Positions 1 to 12,727 of a stretch of 64,000 bases of DNA are shown piece after piece. Location: positions 10,602,001 to 10,666,000 of the forward strand of contig OZ004614.1 in the NCBI GenBank assembly GCA_963924565.1, written 5' to 3'. Source of the stretch: Ascidiella aspersa. Its lineage: Eukaryota. The notes below the pieces were generated by a model. That model had not been told where the DNA came from. It ran no database searches and saw only the letters and a program-made list of their open reading frames with translations. The position numbers were made by a program, and so were the translations under genes. Position 1 is the first letter of the stretch; each line of letters starts with the position of its first letter.

Positions 1-1647
1 CTAATCTCCTGGTAGTGAAGTTTGTTGTTTTTGACTTATCACAATTTAACGGACATAAAATTTTAGATATTTTATTATCAGGAAGGTTCATAAAGTTACA
101 CATGGTTTAATGCAGGGATCGGGAATCTATGGCTCTTTTTGTGACGCCACATGGCTCTTTTGATGAAGGAATCTTGCTTACAGATAAATCTAAGCTATCA
201 TTTCTCAGCATGATCTGAATAAAACTGCACGCGGCCATGACCGCTTTCCTAACTTTATATTTCCTATTTTATTACACATAGTAGCGAATTTTAGACGCTT
301 CGCGCAAATCTCTTGGTTTTGGAGACTGTAATGTGTCATCCCGTTTGAGAAATCTCTATCTCTTGGCCCTATTCTTTTAACGCAACTCCGTAATTAAAGT
401 TGTGCAAACTTAGCTAACTTATTTTTGGTGCATGTTCTGTCCTTTAAATGAAAACAAAACAAACGGCCCTGCTCAATTGCTCAATTTGCTCAATTTTTTT
501 TTTCGCCAACCTGTACCTAGATGTTAAAACAGTATAATATGGCTCTCACGGAAAAACAACCAATAATATTTGGCTTTTATGACTCCCTAACTTAAAAAGG
601 TTCCCGACCTCTGGTTTAATGCATATTGTCAAACTACATGCCTTTGGTGTACGGATGACGTGTTAATTCCAGTCGCAGTGGGATATTAACTTAAAAAAAG
701 CAAAAGTAACAGTGAGCCGCAGCACACGAGTTGTAGATATTTCGCATTATTTGTACAACGCACTTCTTTTAGGAAACAACTATTTTAGATGGTGTTGATT
801 TGCATGCAGTTAACCCAGCGCAGTTAAAATTAACCGCCAACAATAGATAAAACACAATAGAATAATATGCCGAACTCGAAAGTAAATTTGAACTGTTTCA
901 TCTTCAACAATGCATCTAGATATACCTTTGTCTAATCGTAAGGTACAAAGCAAACTAAGTTCTGTGTATATAAAACTCGGGCCGACTTAACAGTAGACTT
1001 GGAGAAAAACGTATATGTTTTATACTTCAAAGGGAGTCAAGCAAGAGTCGTATAGCATACCAGTAGTGCCTGGTAAATAAAAAGAAAGGGTTGCACAAAG
1101 AGGAGTTTCAAAAACATGGAATCAAGTCACACAACACTAATGAACGTGGAAAGCTCCCCTGGTCGATTTGAGCCAGAGTGGATTTGCGCAGAAATGCTCA
1201 ACATTGTTGAGACTATGTGCGTAATTTGGTTTGGGGTAAACTTTATCGTGTACGGAAAACGCAACGACAAGTGGAAAATAACAGCGCGACAACAGGATCC
1301 AAATGTACAGTCAAGGCCAGTTTATGTCGCTACACTTAGTGCCATTGTGTTTGCACTACTTCGTCTGGTTGCTCACCAATTATGTTTTAATGTTGGTTAT
1401 GGTAGAAATAATATCAGTTGTGAAATTGCCAGTTATATTTCCTACGCATTTTTTACACTGTTTTACATTAGTTACTACCTAGTTATTTGGTTCAGACTTC
1501 ATAACTTGTACGAGAACATCTCTCATATACAAGCAGTTAAAGTGTGGATTAAGTTTCTCAAATATGTAATGCTGGTATTTGTAATTTTATCTGGTTCGTT
1601 GTCTAGTTCGATTTACGCTTATCATCAGAAGATGATAGCATCCAAAA
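1..1647. repeat. Copy 1 of a direct segmental duplication (matches 5332..6978)
   Basis: Sequence from position 1 recurs at an offset of 5331. I saw only one substitution (115 G vs 5446 A). Identity stops after ...GCATCCAAAA at 1647/6978. Confidence 0.95.
113..613. mobile_element. hAT-type MITE (duplicated at 5444..5944)
   Basis: Imperfect TIRs CAGGGATCGGGAA...TTCCCGACCTCTG with a perfect 8-bp TSD GTTTAATG (105-112, 614-621). Related copy at 21259..21524. Confidence 0.8.
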
Positions 1648-1673
1648 TTTTCGAAAAAACGCATGCATTTTAA
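1116..1673 (+). pseudogene. 3'-truncated copy of the 7TM receptor-like gene (185 aa, about 4 TM helices)
   Basis: Identical to 6447.. up to codon 177 (…KMIASK), then reads into unrelated sequence beyond the duplication breakpoint (IFEKTHAF*). Confidence 0.85.
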
Positions 1674-2282
1674 TTGGGACATTGAAAAAAGTTGTTATAA
1701 ATTTCCTTTACAGAACATTTGTGTTTTTGTAAGGCTAGTCCGCGACAAAATTTCAGTTTCAAACCGGTCCGCAGTGTAAAAAAGGTTGCCGACCCCTGGT
1801 CTAACTCACTACTTAAAAAAATGCACACCATTTTTTGAAATTTCACGCTGGTTCATGGGCTTTAGTTTTAAGAACCACAGCTATATAGGTTGGCCCCTTG
1901 CTGCAAAGTAACGATTGGCCTCATTACTACTATACCAAAACGAACAAACAACTGACTTGTTATGAATAAAATAAGCGTTTCAGAGTGGAACACAAAATAA
2001 TTTTGTACGCCTAGACATATTCAACAAAATACCACACAATGCACAATGACGCCAGGACCTTACTTTAAAGGATGTATGTGATGAAAAAAAGGTTTAGGTG
2101 ATAAAACAAAGGTTTAAAGAGGCGGATCACCATATTATTCCCAGCCACTAATTCCTCATGCATACTTTCGTTAACCGAAACATGCACTCGACTTACTTAA
2201 GTTTACCGTCTACCGAAGGCATTGGCCATATATAACCATTCCGTATTCAAGAATTAACCGAACGGTTGTCTTTCGCTCCTAG

Positions 2283-4853
2283 GTGCTCGCCGCCTGCTAC
2301 AAGGCCCTCAACGACCACCACGTCTACCTGGAGGGAACTCTGCTCAAGCCCAACATGGTCACTGCCGGGCACGACTGTCCCACCAAGTACACTCCCGAAC
2401 AGGTCGCCCAAGCCACTGTCACCGCACTGCGTCGCACTGTACCACCGGCAATGCCAGGTACGCTATTATTATTATTTTATTTTTTCTGATGGGATTCTAG
2501 ACCAGCGCCCTTTTTTCTGCCAGTGCGGTGCAGCGCTAGTTTTTCCAAATATCTAGGTTTTCTATTTTTTTTTTTTTTGAAATAAATAAATTCATTAAAT
2601 AAAAAGTATAGCCCTATAAAAGTATGAACTACAAGTCATTTGGGCGCTGTGAACTAGGAACAACGCTTTCGCGTTACTTAGCTAAAGCCTACAGAGAAAC
2701 GACGCTAATGTGATAGTTATAGATAAAAAAAACTGGACAACGTGTGGTCCAAAGTCCATCGGGTTGCGTCACCAGTGAAGGGCACGCCGACATAGCCTCT
2801 GATAGTAACAACGGCTCGGCTTACGTTTAAGAAGCGGTTGGTAAAACGTAGTTAACAATATAATATGCCATAACAGGAAACATTTTATTTAAAAAAATAC
2901 ATTTATAAAAAGAATAATCTAAACCAGGGGTTCTTGAACTTTTTTTTTCGCGGACCCTTAATTTATTTTTTTGCTTCGCGTGGATCACGGTAGGCAAGAA
3001 ATTTTCAGATATAACGTCATAAATTTACGTCAGAATACAAATAAACTCAAGAAATCTCCCGAATTTGGTCCTAAAAATATGTAAGTGAAATGAAGTCGAA
3101 ATACATTCTGTAATAAAACGTTTTATTTTTACATAAACTTTTTTTGAAATATTGATTACTTCTCAAATATACATTAACAATTCAATTAGGCCTTCATGGA
3201 CCCCAAGGGATCCATGGAACCCAGTTTAATAACCCATGATCTAAACTGTATATATTTTATTGGCTGCTCGTTCTAAGGATAGTCTTGGACTCTTGAGTAA
3301 TATCTCGGATAAAGAATGATTTAGATTGTTAGGAAATCCGACGACCGTTATTTTTGCTCAAAACTGATGGGTATCGATTTTGAAGAAAATACGAAATGTC
3401 GAACGTACATAACACTCCGTATAAAAGGACTTTGAGGAAAATGCGTTGCATAATTTTTTCTTGTATCTAAATAAAGGCGTGACTTTCCTCTCCGGAGGCC
3501 AGTCGGAGACCTCGGCTACCGAGCATCTGAACGCCATCAACCAGCATCCAGACCTCCGTCCATGGGCTCTGTCCTTCTCTTACGGACGCGCCCTGCAGGC
3601 CTCTGTGCTGAAAGCCTGGCAAGGCAAGGCCGCAAACGTCGCGGCTGCCCAGAAGGTTCTCATGCACCGCGCTAAGGTGAGTAGTACTCTGTGGTATGGT
3701 TTTTAACGCTTCTCTGGTATGGTTTTTAAGGATTGTTATTCTGGTTGCACGTTGGCAAAAGGGCTAAATTCATAGCATTTAACCTGAAAAAATAATCTGT
3801 GGTGTTAATAGGTTTTAGGCTATAATCGCAGAATTCGCCTAAAAAACGTTACTGATGTGTTTGTACACAGCTTTTGCTATGTTTATTGTTTACACATCAT
3901 TTTTTCGTAGGCATTTTTTAATATATCGTCAACCGTTAATGTAGGAAAGTGTATAGTTATCCTAAATACGGATTACAATGTTCTTTGTATAAGTTCAGCA
4001 AAAGGCACGTATAGCTAGAAAAAAACTGACTTGCTGGGTGAACCGGTTAACTAAAATACAAATAGACGGATTATTATTGTGTAACCCATCAATTGTTTAC
4101 CGTATTTAGGCAATAGGCTATTTAAATTCTAGCGTAAATCTATTTCCGGAAACGCAACTGAAAACGTTTTGTCACATACTGTACACAAAATAATGTTTTC
4201 AGCGCTGTCGCCGATACTCGATATTTTTGTTTAATGTTTTTTTTTTCACGCAACTTTTTATTTGTTACAAACACGCAACAAAATGGAAAGACGGACAAGA
4301 AATAAAAAAATGGCACCTATCAAGAAGCGACAGGTTGGGCTAAAGGCCAGCCCATTAGCTTGATGAATTGCAAGATTTTCGGAATTAAATGCGCAGATAT
4401 ACTGTTTTGCTGACTTTATCATAAAAACAAGCATACAAAGCGTCGGTAATGTATTTGCATACTTACAACGATATATAACGAACCGTGTACATAACAGTAA
4501 GCAATTTAACAGATCATTGTCAACACGACTTCCCAACAGGGTTGTTTTGTTTGATGTTTGACTTGAATTGAATTCTTAATTTAAACCTCGTGACAATTCG
4601 TGGCATATGGTGAATGTGCAATGTGCATTGACCGGCCGAAAAAAACATAGCGCAATTCCGTTGGTATTATTGCTTTGAGATTTTAAATCTTCACCGGAAA
4701 TCCATCTCCTCTTCCCTTTGTTTATGAACTTTAAATAAACCTTTTTGCGTTTCTTAGATGAACTCTATGGCTGCCTTGGGCAAGTACACCCCAGCCATGG
4801 AAGACGGAACAGCCGATGCTGATGATCTGCACGTCGCCAACCACCAGTACTAG
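2283..4853 (+). CDS. Class I fructose-bisphosphate aldolase, last three coding exons only (probably an orphan duplicated 3' part)
   Basis: Exons 2283-2457 ([29 protein letters not shown], contains the Schiff-base Lys motif), 3477-3676 ([11 protein letters not shown]…[14 protein letters not shown]) and 4758-4853 ([10 protein letters not shown]…HVANHQY*, C-terminal Tyr). GT-AG introns are phase-compatible. No upstream exons lie between the breakpoint at 1648 and 2283. Confidence 0.92.
2925..3238. mobile_element. hAT-type MITE in an aldolase intron
   Basis: CAGGGGTTCTTGAACT…AGTTTAATAACCCATG termini with 8-bp TSD ATCTAAAC. An inverted relative lies at 56142..56481. Confidence 0.75.
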
Positions 4854-5331
4854 TCACCAATATACCCGAAGATTTTGTCCGCATGAAACCAATAGCAGTA
4901 TCACCACCCCACCCCCAGCTAATGTTAATACACGTCAATTGTATCCTGTAAAAAGTTAATGTTGTTGAGTATGCGCCCGGCTTTATGGCCGCCGTTTTGA
5001 CGAACAAATTCAATATACCCTATACACTGCAGTAGACATCCTTGGTTGTGCGTGGTTTTAAGGTTTTAAGGTTTATTGACAGCACAGATTCACAAAATAT
5101 TTTATTAGGGTCCATGCGACATGTATAATAATTATATATTATAACTTTAAAGCAAACCAGAAAGGGGTTTTCAATGAACAGCAGCAATTGTTTGCCAAGA
5201 AAAAAGCTTCAAAATGCATTGCTAAGTAAATAATGAGACCGATGAGGTCCGGATTCAACTCTGAAAAGGTCCGCATTCGGACCTCGGTCCGCCAGTTGAT
5301 TAGCCCTGTTCTACAATATAGTTTGGACATC

Positions 5332-6978
5332 CTAATCTCCTGGTAGTGAAGTTTGTTGTTTTTGACTTATCACAATTTAACGGACATAAAATTTTAGATA
5401 TTTTATTATCAGGAAGGTTCATAAAGTTACACATGGTTTAATGCAAGGATCGGGAATCTATGGCTCTTTTTGTGACGCCACATGGCTCTTTTGATGAAGG
5501 AATCTTGCTTACAGATAAATCTAAGCTATCATTTCTCAGCATGATCTGAATAAAACTGCACGCGGCCATGACCGCTTTCCTAACTTTATATTTCCTATTT
5601 TATTACACATAGTAGCGAATTTTAGACGCTTCGCGCAAATCTCTTGGTTTTGGAGACTGTAATGTGTCATCCCGTTTGAGAAATCTCTATCTCTTGGCCC
5701 TATTCTTTTAACGCAACTCCGTAATTAAAGTTGTGCAAACTTAGCTAACTTATTTTTGGTGCATGTTCTGTCCTTTAAATGAAAACAAAACAAACGGCCC
5801 TGCTCAATTGCTCAATTTGCTCAATTTTTTTTTTCGCCAACCTGTACCTAGATGTTAAAACAGTATAATATGGCTCTCACGGAAAAACAACCAATAATAT
5901 TTGGCTTTTATGACTCCCTAACTTAAAAAGGTTCCCGACCTCTGGTTTAATGCATATTGTCAAACTACATGCCTTTGGTGTACGGATGACGTGTTAATTC
6001 CAGTCGCAGTGGGATATTAACTTAAAAAAAGCAAAAGTAACAGTGAGCCGCAGCACACGAGTTGTAGATATTTCGCATTATTTGTACAACGCACTTCTTT
6101 TAGGAAACAACTATTTTAGATGGTGTTGATTTGCATGCAGTTAACCCAGCGCAGTTAAAATTAACCGCCAACAATAGATAAAACACAATAGAATAATATG
6201 CCGAACTCGAAAGTAAATTTGAACTGTTTCATCTTCAACAATGCATCTAGATATACCTTTGTCTAATCGTAAGGTACAAAGCAAACTAAGTTCTGTGTAT
6301 ATAAAACTCGGGCCGACTTAACAGTAGACTTGGAGAAAAACGTATATGTTTTATACTTCAAAGGGAGTCAAGCAAGAGTCGTATAGCATACCAGTAGTGC
6401 CTGGTAAATAAAAAGAAAGGGTTGCACAAAGAGGAGTTTCAAAAACATGGAATCAAGTCACACAACACTAATGAACGTGGAAAGCTCCCCTGGTCGATTT
6501 GAGCCAGAGTGGATTTGCGCAGAAATGCTCAACATTGTTGAGACTATGTGCGTAATTTGGTTTGGGGTAAACTTTATCGTGTACGGAAAACGCAACGACA
6601 AGTGGAAAATAACAGCGCGACAACAGGATCCAAATGTACAGTCAAGGCCAGTTTATGTCGCTACACTTAGTGCCATTGTGTTTGCACTACTTCGTCTGGT
6701 TGCTCACCAATTATGTTTTAATGTTGGTTATGGTAGAAATAATATCAGTTGTGAAATTGCCAGTTATATTTCCTACGCATTTTTTACACTGTTTTACATT
6801 AGTTACTACCTAGTTATTTGGTTCAGACTTCATAACTTGTACGAGAACATCTCTCATATACAAGCAGTTAAAGTGTGGATTAAGTTTCTCAAATATGTAA
6901 TGCTGGTATTTGTAATTTTATCTGGTTCGTTGTCTAGTTCGATTTACGCTTATCATCAGAAGATGATAGCATCCAAAA
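5332..6978. repeat. Copy 2 of the segmental duplication (matches 1..1647)
   Basis: Direct sequence match at offset 5331. Confidence 0.95.
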
Positions 6979-7400
6979 ATGGTTGCATTGTGAAGAACCC
7001 TGCGGGAGTTATACATTGGTCGCTGAATGTTGGATTTGGGATAGTTTGGCTTGGACAGGCGATAATGATCTTCCAATTCCTATACCCACTTCGTCTTCAA
7101 CTTCGAGGCAGAAACGCAATTGAAATCCTGCGAATTGCCAAACGATCGGCCATTATTGCAACTGTAGGCGGTGTTACGGACGCCACAAGCATGTTACTAC
7201 TTGAGTATGGCTTGCCAAACAACAGAGTGGCCACCATTAGCCTTTCCGTGTTTGATCTTGACGTATCCATCAACCTGTTGTGTGTTCTGCTTACTTTCGA
7301 ATTCTGGCCACAAATAGTTACTTGCATTTTAAGGAAGAAGCCTACTAGTGTCGCCGTTGAGCCATCAACCACAAACGCTTTGTCGTTGGAAAACTTGTAA
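6447..7400 (+). CDS. Intronless seven-transmembrane, GPCR-like orphan receptor (317 aa)
   Basis: About seven hydrophobic segments, a Cys at the start of TM3 (SCEIAS), a WFR motif at the end of TM3, a Cys in ECL2 (NGCIV) and a basic/Ser-Thr tail. TATA-like GTATATAAAA lies at about 6297. Confidence 0.8.
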   Translation: MESSHTTLMNVESSPGRFEPEWICAEMLNIVETMCVIWFGVNFIVYGKRNDKWKITARQQDPNVQSRPVYVATLSAIVFALLRLVAHQLCFNVGYGRNNISCEIASYISYAFFTLFYISYYLVIWFRLHNLYENISHIQAVKVWIKFLKYVMLVFVILSGSLSSSIYAYHQKMIASKNGCIVKNPAGVIHWSLNVGFGIVWLGQAIMIFQFLYPLRLQLRGRNAIEILRIAKRSAIIATVGGVTDATSMLLLEYGLPNNRVATISLSVFDLDVSINLLCVLLTFEFWPQIVTCILRKKPTSVAVEPSTTNALSLENL

Positions 7401-8020
7401 TTGGGTAAGCGAATTGCAGGGAATTTAAAGACAAAATTACGTACAAGGCGACACTGTTTAAACGCTTTTTTACTTTTTTGCAAACAATGTTGTACACAAA
7501 TATACTGTTGCTGCCAGGTATTGTTTTGATTGTAAAATTGTTTTTCCGACATGTCGCAAACTATATCTGCAAAGTAGCTGCTAAGGATAAGAAATGACTT
7601 TACGTTCTCGAGCAAGTCGTTTATTGGACAGTACGATAATCAGTTAACGGCAAACCCATGCGCACCAAGTGCTCGCATAAGGCTACAACTTGTCTCTAAC
7701 CACGAGATTGCAAACTGTCCCTGAAATGCGTCCGATCCGCTCGGTATCCAACCGACGAATAATGATGCAATACCAAGCAATACAAAACCGAATCGCACCT
7801 AACGATATAAAAAAACAGTAAAATCAAGACAAGCTTATTAGAAAATTCGCATACAACAGGCGTTATTAACCTCTCTTAAGGGCAACCTTATGATTCATCT
7901 ATTTCGAGACAAACATTTTAAAGTTTGCGAAATGAAAACCAACAAACGAGAGAAACATCGCATGCACATGCAGGCTACAGTCGTTGAACTTTAAACAACT
8001 CTGGTCATCGCCATGACCCA

Positions 8021-8146
8021 TTAAAACGCGCGCCGCTTAATTTTGTCTCTGTCCGGTGAGGGTCGCACACATTGGGCAACTGGTGACATGTCAAACACCT
8101 TGTTGAGGTCGTTTGCCGTAATGACCTTGCTTCCATCCTGAACCAC
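8021..8146 (-). CDS. Terminal coding exon of an unidentified minus-strand gene (VVQDGSKVITANDLNKVFDMSPVAQCVRPSPDRDKIKRRAF*)
   Basis: Acceptor gctttcgtag| followed by 41 codons with coding-like composition and TAA. Minus-strand AATAAA at 7620-7625. Below the ORF-track cut-off; upstream exons not found. Confidence 0.55.
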   Translation of the reverse strand: MVQDGSKVITANDLNKVFDMSPVAQCVRPSPDRDKIKRRAF

Positions 8147-9059
8147 CTACGAAAGCTCCCGTATCAATGCACAAGCTTCGGACAAAAATCGGTCTAAAGC
8201 GTTTAACGGCAAAAAATAGATATGTCCCAAAAATAAATTTTCGGCCCATATAATTAGGAAAAACGGCCACTGCTGTGGTATATTTTACTTAATCTACAAA
8301 TTGAGAGAGCAATTATAGGCTATACGTATCACAAGAGTTTATGCTGTCCGCTGGTTGTTAAAGTTTCCTTTAATTAATCAAAAAGCAAAAAGTGCGTTTG
8401 TTGTACAACTTGCCACAGTTTTGTACGACCTTCGAGAAATGTTAAATCAGAATAATCGGTACAGTTGATAAAGGCTTCAGTTTTGCACAAAAGTGGCTCC
8501 ACGGGTGAGCACCAGGGCCATTAAATTACATTTTTGTCAAACTTAAAATTTAAATACAAGAATTTTGCCCAATTTTTTTTCAGAGTGTAGCTATCTTGAT
8601 GCTTTGGGGTTCAATTGTGCTATATAGATTGCCCTAAAAGCAATTTTGTAATGTGTTAACTAGTACGACCTTAAAGAGCATCACACAGTTCGTTTGTTTC
8701 GTTAAAGTTTTAGGTTGGAGTAGTGTTACTTTTAATACAAAAGATACTTTATAAAGATGTTATCGATTTAGGGAAAGTCATTAAACGCCATTAGCCTACA
8801 TCAAAGTTCATAGAAATAATACAAGTTGTGCAACTCAGATTCATGCGCGCTCAAATGTTTACCAAATTGCCTCAATTTATAATGGGCTCTTACGGGAGCA
8901 AAATAGAACATCGTCGTTTTCAACTTTTTTCGGCAATTTTGTAAATTGTGACGTCCCAATATACAAACGTATATGTGTAATGAACAAAATTAAGTTGAAA
9001 TACGTTACATTTGTGTGTTATATCGCATTAATTTGGTTAGATTGGCGTTCGAACGAAAA

Positions 9060-9330
9060 GGGCTCTCTTTCACTATTGTACGTAAAAATTAATAAAAAAA
9101 AAAATTACTTCAAATGCCGCATACCACAACGCATATTGTTTGGGTTAGGGTGCGGGTTAGCGTTTGGTTGAGGGTGGGACAAGTTATTATTAATAATAAA
9201 CATAATATTACTTTACCCACCCGCACCCAAACGCTAACCCGCACCCTAACCCAAACAATATGCGTTGTGGTATGCGGTATTATTATTTTATTTTGCATAA
9301 CTTTTCACGTACAATAGTGTAAGAGCGCCC
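9060..9330. mobile_element. Palindromic foldback MITE with telomere-like GGGTTAG motifs
   Basis: Arms GGGCTCTCTTTCACTATTGTACGT…/…ACGTACAATAGTGTAAGAGCGCCC, plus an inner ~60-bp near-perfect inverted repeat. Flanking direct repeat GAAAA (or CGAAAAG if the termini are GG/CC). Confidence 0.8.
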
Positions 9331-9908
9331 GAAAAGGTAGCAACTATACAGGTTTAGGCATTTTGTTAGGTAAGAAGCTATTTGCCCGGATCACTAAGTA
9401 GGTAAATCGATAAGTAATTACAAATTAGTGTATGCTTGGTCGAGTGTGCCAGGCAAATAGCCAATAGGTACTTTTTTGGTTATTTACCTGGCTAAGAAAT
9501 TTATTTAAATGAGTTAGAAAATTAATCATAAAAATAATGCAATCATCTGAAAATTAAAACAGCCAATTTTTTGTAGTTTTCCTATTATAGATATCTAAAT
9601 ATGTTCAAAATAAAACCTAGCATATTGTCTTACAGGTGATATACCCCTGTTTTTAACAGAATATTAAAATATTTAAAATCCTGCTGTTACCGGACTCCCT
9701 GCTATAAGATTTGCAAGATATCTTCACTGCATCCAATGGATGTTTTTAAGGAAATTATAATTTAACAAAAAATTGTTCAACTTTGTTTTTAATCTACACT
9801 GTAAATGGGGAAAATAAACTTCCTTGATTTTAGTTTGAATATTGGTGTTTATTTACATTCTGGAAAATGAGCCATTTTTAATAAAATTATGTGTTGAGGT
9901 GAAATTAT

Positions 9909-10045
9909 TCTAGCGTATCCTTTTATTATATGTGTTACGCGACATGCTACAAACGACACATCTTTCTATCGTGCTCTTTCCGAGCGGTCACTCGCTCGGT
10001 CAATCGAAAATACAAGCTGACGTGTGCACTGCTCTGGCTCCTACA
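9909..10045 (+). repeat. 5' LTR
   Basis: TCTAG…CTACA (the TG terminus is mutated to TC). About 5 differences from the 3' LTR. Confidence 0.9.
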
Positions 10046-12727
10046 AATGGTGACCCCGGCAAGCAAAGTAAGTGCAAGGTAAAACCACAACACATTGCTA
10101 GGTTGTAGGCTAGCTTATGTTCAACGCACTTAACACTTAATTCTATGATGGACGAAGAAAATGTCGCAGCCGTTGCTGTTAAAATTTCGCCATTCTGGCC
10201 ACAAGACGCCGAACTATGTTTTTTACAAGTGAAGCACAATTCAGTGTGAAAGGCGTAACACTATCGAAAACAAAGTACCATCATGTGGTAGCAGCAGTGT
10301 CACCCGAAATCGCCGCCGTTGTGCGGGACATTATAAAAAACCCAGATGACGCGGATCCTTACGCGCAGTTAAAATGTGCACTCATCAGCAGGGTTTCGAT
10401 GACCAAGCATCAACGCTTACAGAAACTTCTTCGACATGAAGACCTGGGCGATCGCAAGCCTTCAGAAATGTTGCGAGAAATGCAACATCTTATGGGCGAA
10501 GAAGATTCGAAAAATTTGCTTCGCGAACTTTTTCTTCAACGATTACCAGGCAATTTGCGAGTAGTTTTGGCCACACTTGATCTGGAATTATCAGCTTTGG
10601 CGCAGAAAGCCGACAACATGATTGACCTGATGGACACGTCACCCATTTTGGCCCAAGTCAATCAACTGCAAAAAGAAATTGCAATTCTGAAGCGCAATAC
10701 GCCGCAAACAAGAAACCTGCACGACGCTCGACTGTGCTGGTACCACAGGCGATCCGGCGGCTAGTGCCGCTGGTTGTTCTCGCCGTCTTCTTCACGTTAA
10801 TGACCGCACCACTGGACAAAGGTACCTCGTGGACTCCGGTGCTGCGATTAGCGTTGTTCCTGCCACAAGAATGGATCGCAACAGTTGTAAAAGAAAGCTG
10901 GAACTCGTTGCAGCAAACGGAAGCACCATCGCAACATTTGGTACGCGGTCGATCAACCTAGACATCGGGCTCAGCAAAAAGTATGTATGATCTTTTATTA
11001 AAGCCGAAGTCACGCAACCGATTCTCGGCGCAGATTTTTTTCGACATAACGGAATACTAATCGACCTTGGTAAAAATCGACTTATTGATGCTAAAACATT
11101 TGACTGTGTTTCCGCTGGTGTTTCCCGCTCATCTTCTTTTGGTTTGGTAGCATGAACCCATACCACAAATGAATTTGGAACACTGTTTAAAGAGTTTCCT
11201 TCTATTCAAAGCGCGGTTTACAATGACGTTTCTTTGAAACACAATATTAAGCATCACATCGTAACTAATGGTCCCCCAGTACATACAAAGGCACGTCGAC
11301 TCTCTCCTGAAAAGATGAAAATCGCTGAATTCCAAAACCTTCTAGACTTAGGAATCGTGCGCCGTTCGTCTAGTACATGGGCTTCGCCTTTGCACATGGT
11401 TTGCAAAAAGTCCGGCAAGTGGAGGCCATGTGGCGATTATAGGAATCTAAACAGTCGAACTATTCCTGATCGATATCCGATTCCTCTTATACAGGACTCA
11501 TCTGCTAACTTAAACGAAGCGAAAATCTTTAGCAAAATAGACCTCGTCCGTGCCTATCACCACATTCCAGTAGCAGCAGAAGATGTACCAAAGACCGCCA
11601 TTATTACGCCGTTCGGCACTTGCGTCAATTGTTTCAAAGGCTTGCGAAATTCGGCATTGTCGTGAATCCAGACAAGTGCGAGTTCGGTACCTCAGAGCTT
11701 GAATTTCTAGGACACCGCATTTCAACTGAAGGAATCGCGCCACTTGCCGGAAGAGTTGAAGCTGTTAAGATTTCCCGCAACCGACATCCAAGAAAGGCCT
11801 TCGTGAGTATTTGGGACTCTTAATCTTTTACCATAGGTTCATCCCAGGGTCAGCAACAATTCTCCACCCACTCCACCTTGCCCTGGGTGGGCAAACCAAC
11901 GATTTCGTATGGAACAACGACTGTACAACTGCTTTTCTAGCATCAAAACACGCACTTGCCAAAGCAACGATGCTGGTACATCCCAAACCTGATGCGGCAA
12001 CACGAATAACAACAGATGCTTCTGCAGTTGCTGTGGGCGCATCTCTCGAAAATACCTCGATGGCAAGTGGCAACCGATTGCTTTTTTTTCCAGAAAACTA
12101 AAACCCGCCGAAACCAGGTACAGTGCGTTCGACCGCGAACTTCTCGCAGTATATTTGGCCATTCGGCATTTTAGATACTTTGTAGAAGGACGACAATTTT
12201 CAGTGCTCACTGACCAAAAGCCATTAAGTCATGCGTTCGACAGAAACTCCAACGAACTTTCTCCACGCCAGGTTCGTCACTTTTCTTTCATTTCAGAGTT
12301 TACAACGGATATTCGACATATTAAGGGCACTCACAGTTCTGCCGCAGATGCATTATCTCGCGTTGCTATAAATTCAACGATGTCTCCTGCGATAGATTTT
12401 GCCGCTTTGGCTACAGTACAAAAAGGTAATCGTGACATTCGTGCATACCGAACAGCTGTAACGTCACTTAAATTTCAGGACCTTCCGCTCCTTGGATCTA
12501 GCGATACTATTTTATGTGACATTTCCAAAGGTTATCCCAGACCCGTTGTGCCACTAGCATTTCGGCGCATTGTCTTTGATGTACTACACAACCTTTAAAA
12601 TCCAGGTATTCGCGCCTCTCGTAAACTAGTTTCCGATCGTTTCATTTGGCATAGCTTAAACAAAGATGTTGGGCTGTGGGCTCGCACGTGTTTACAATGC
12701 CAGCGGGCGAAAATTCACCGCCATACA

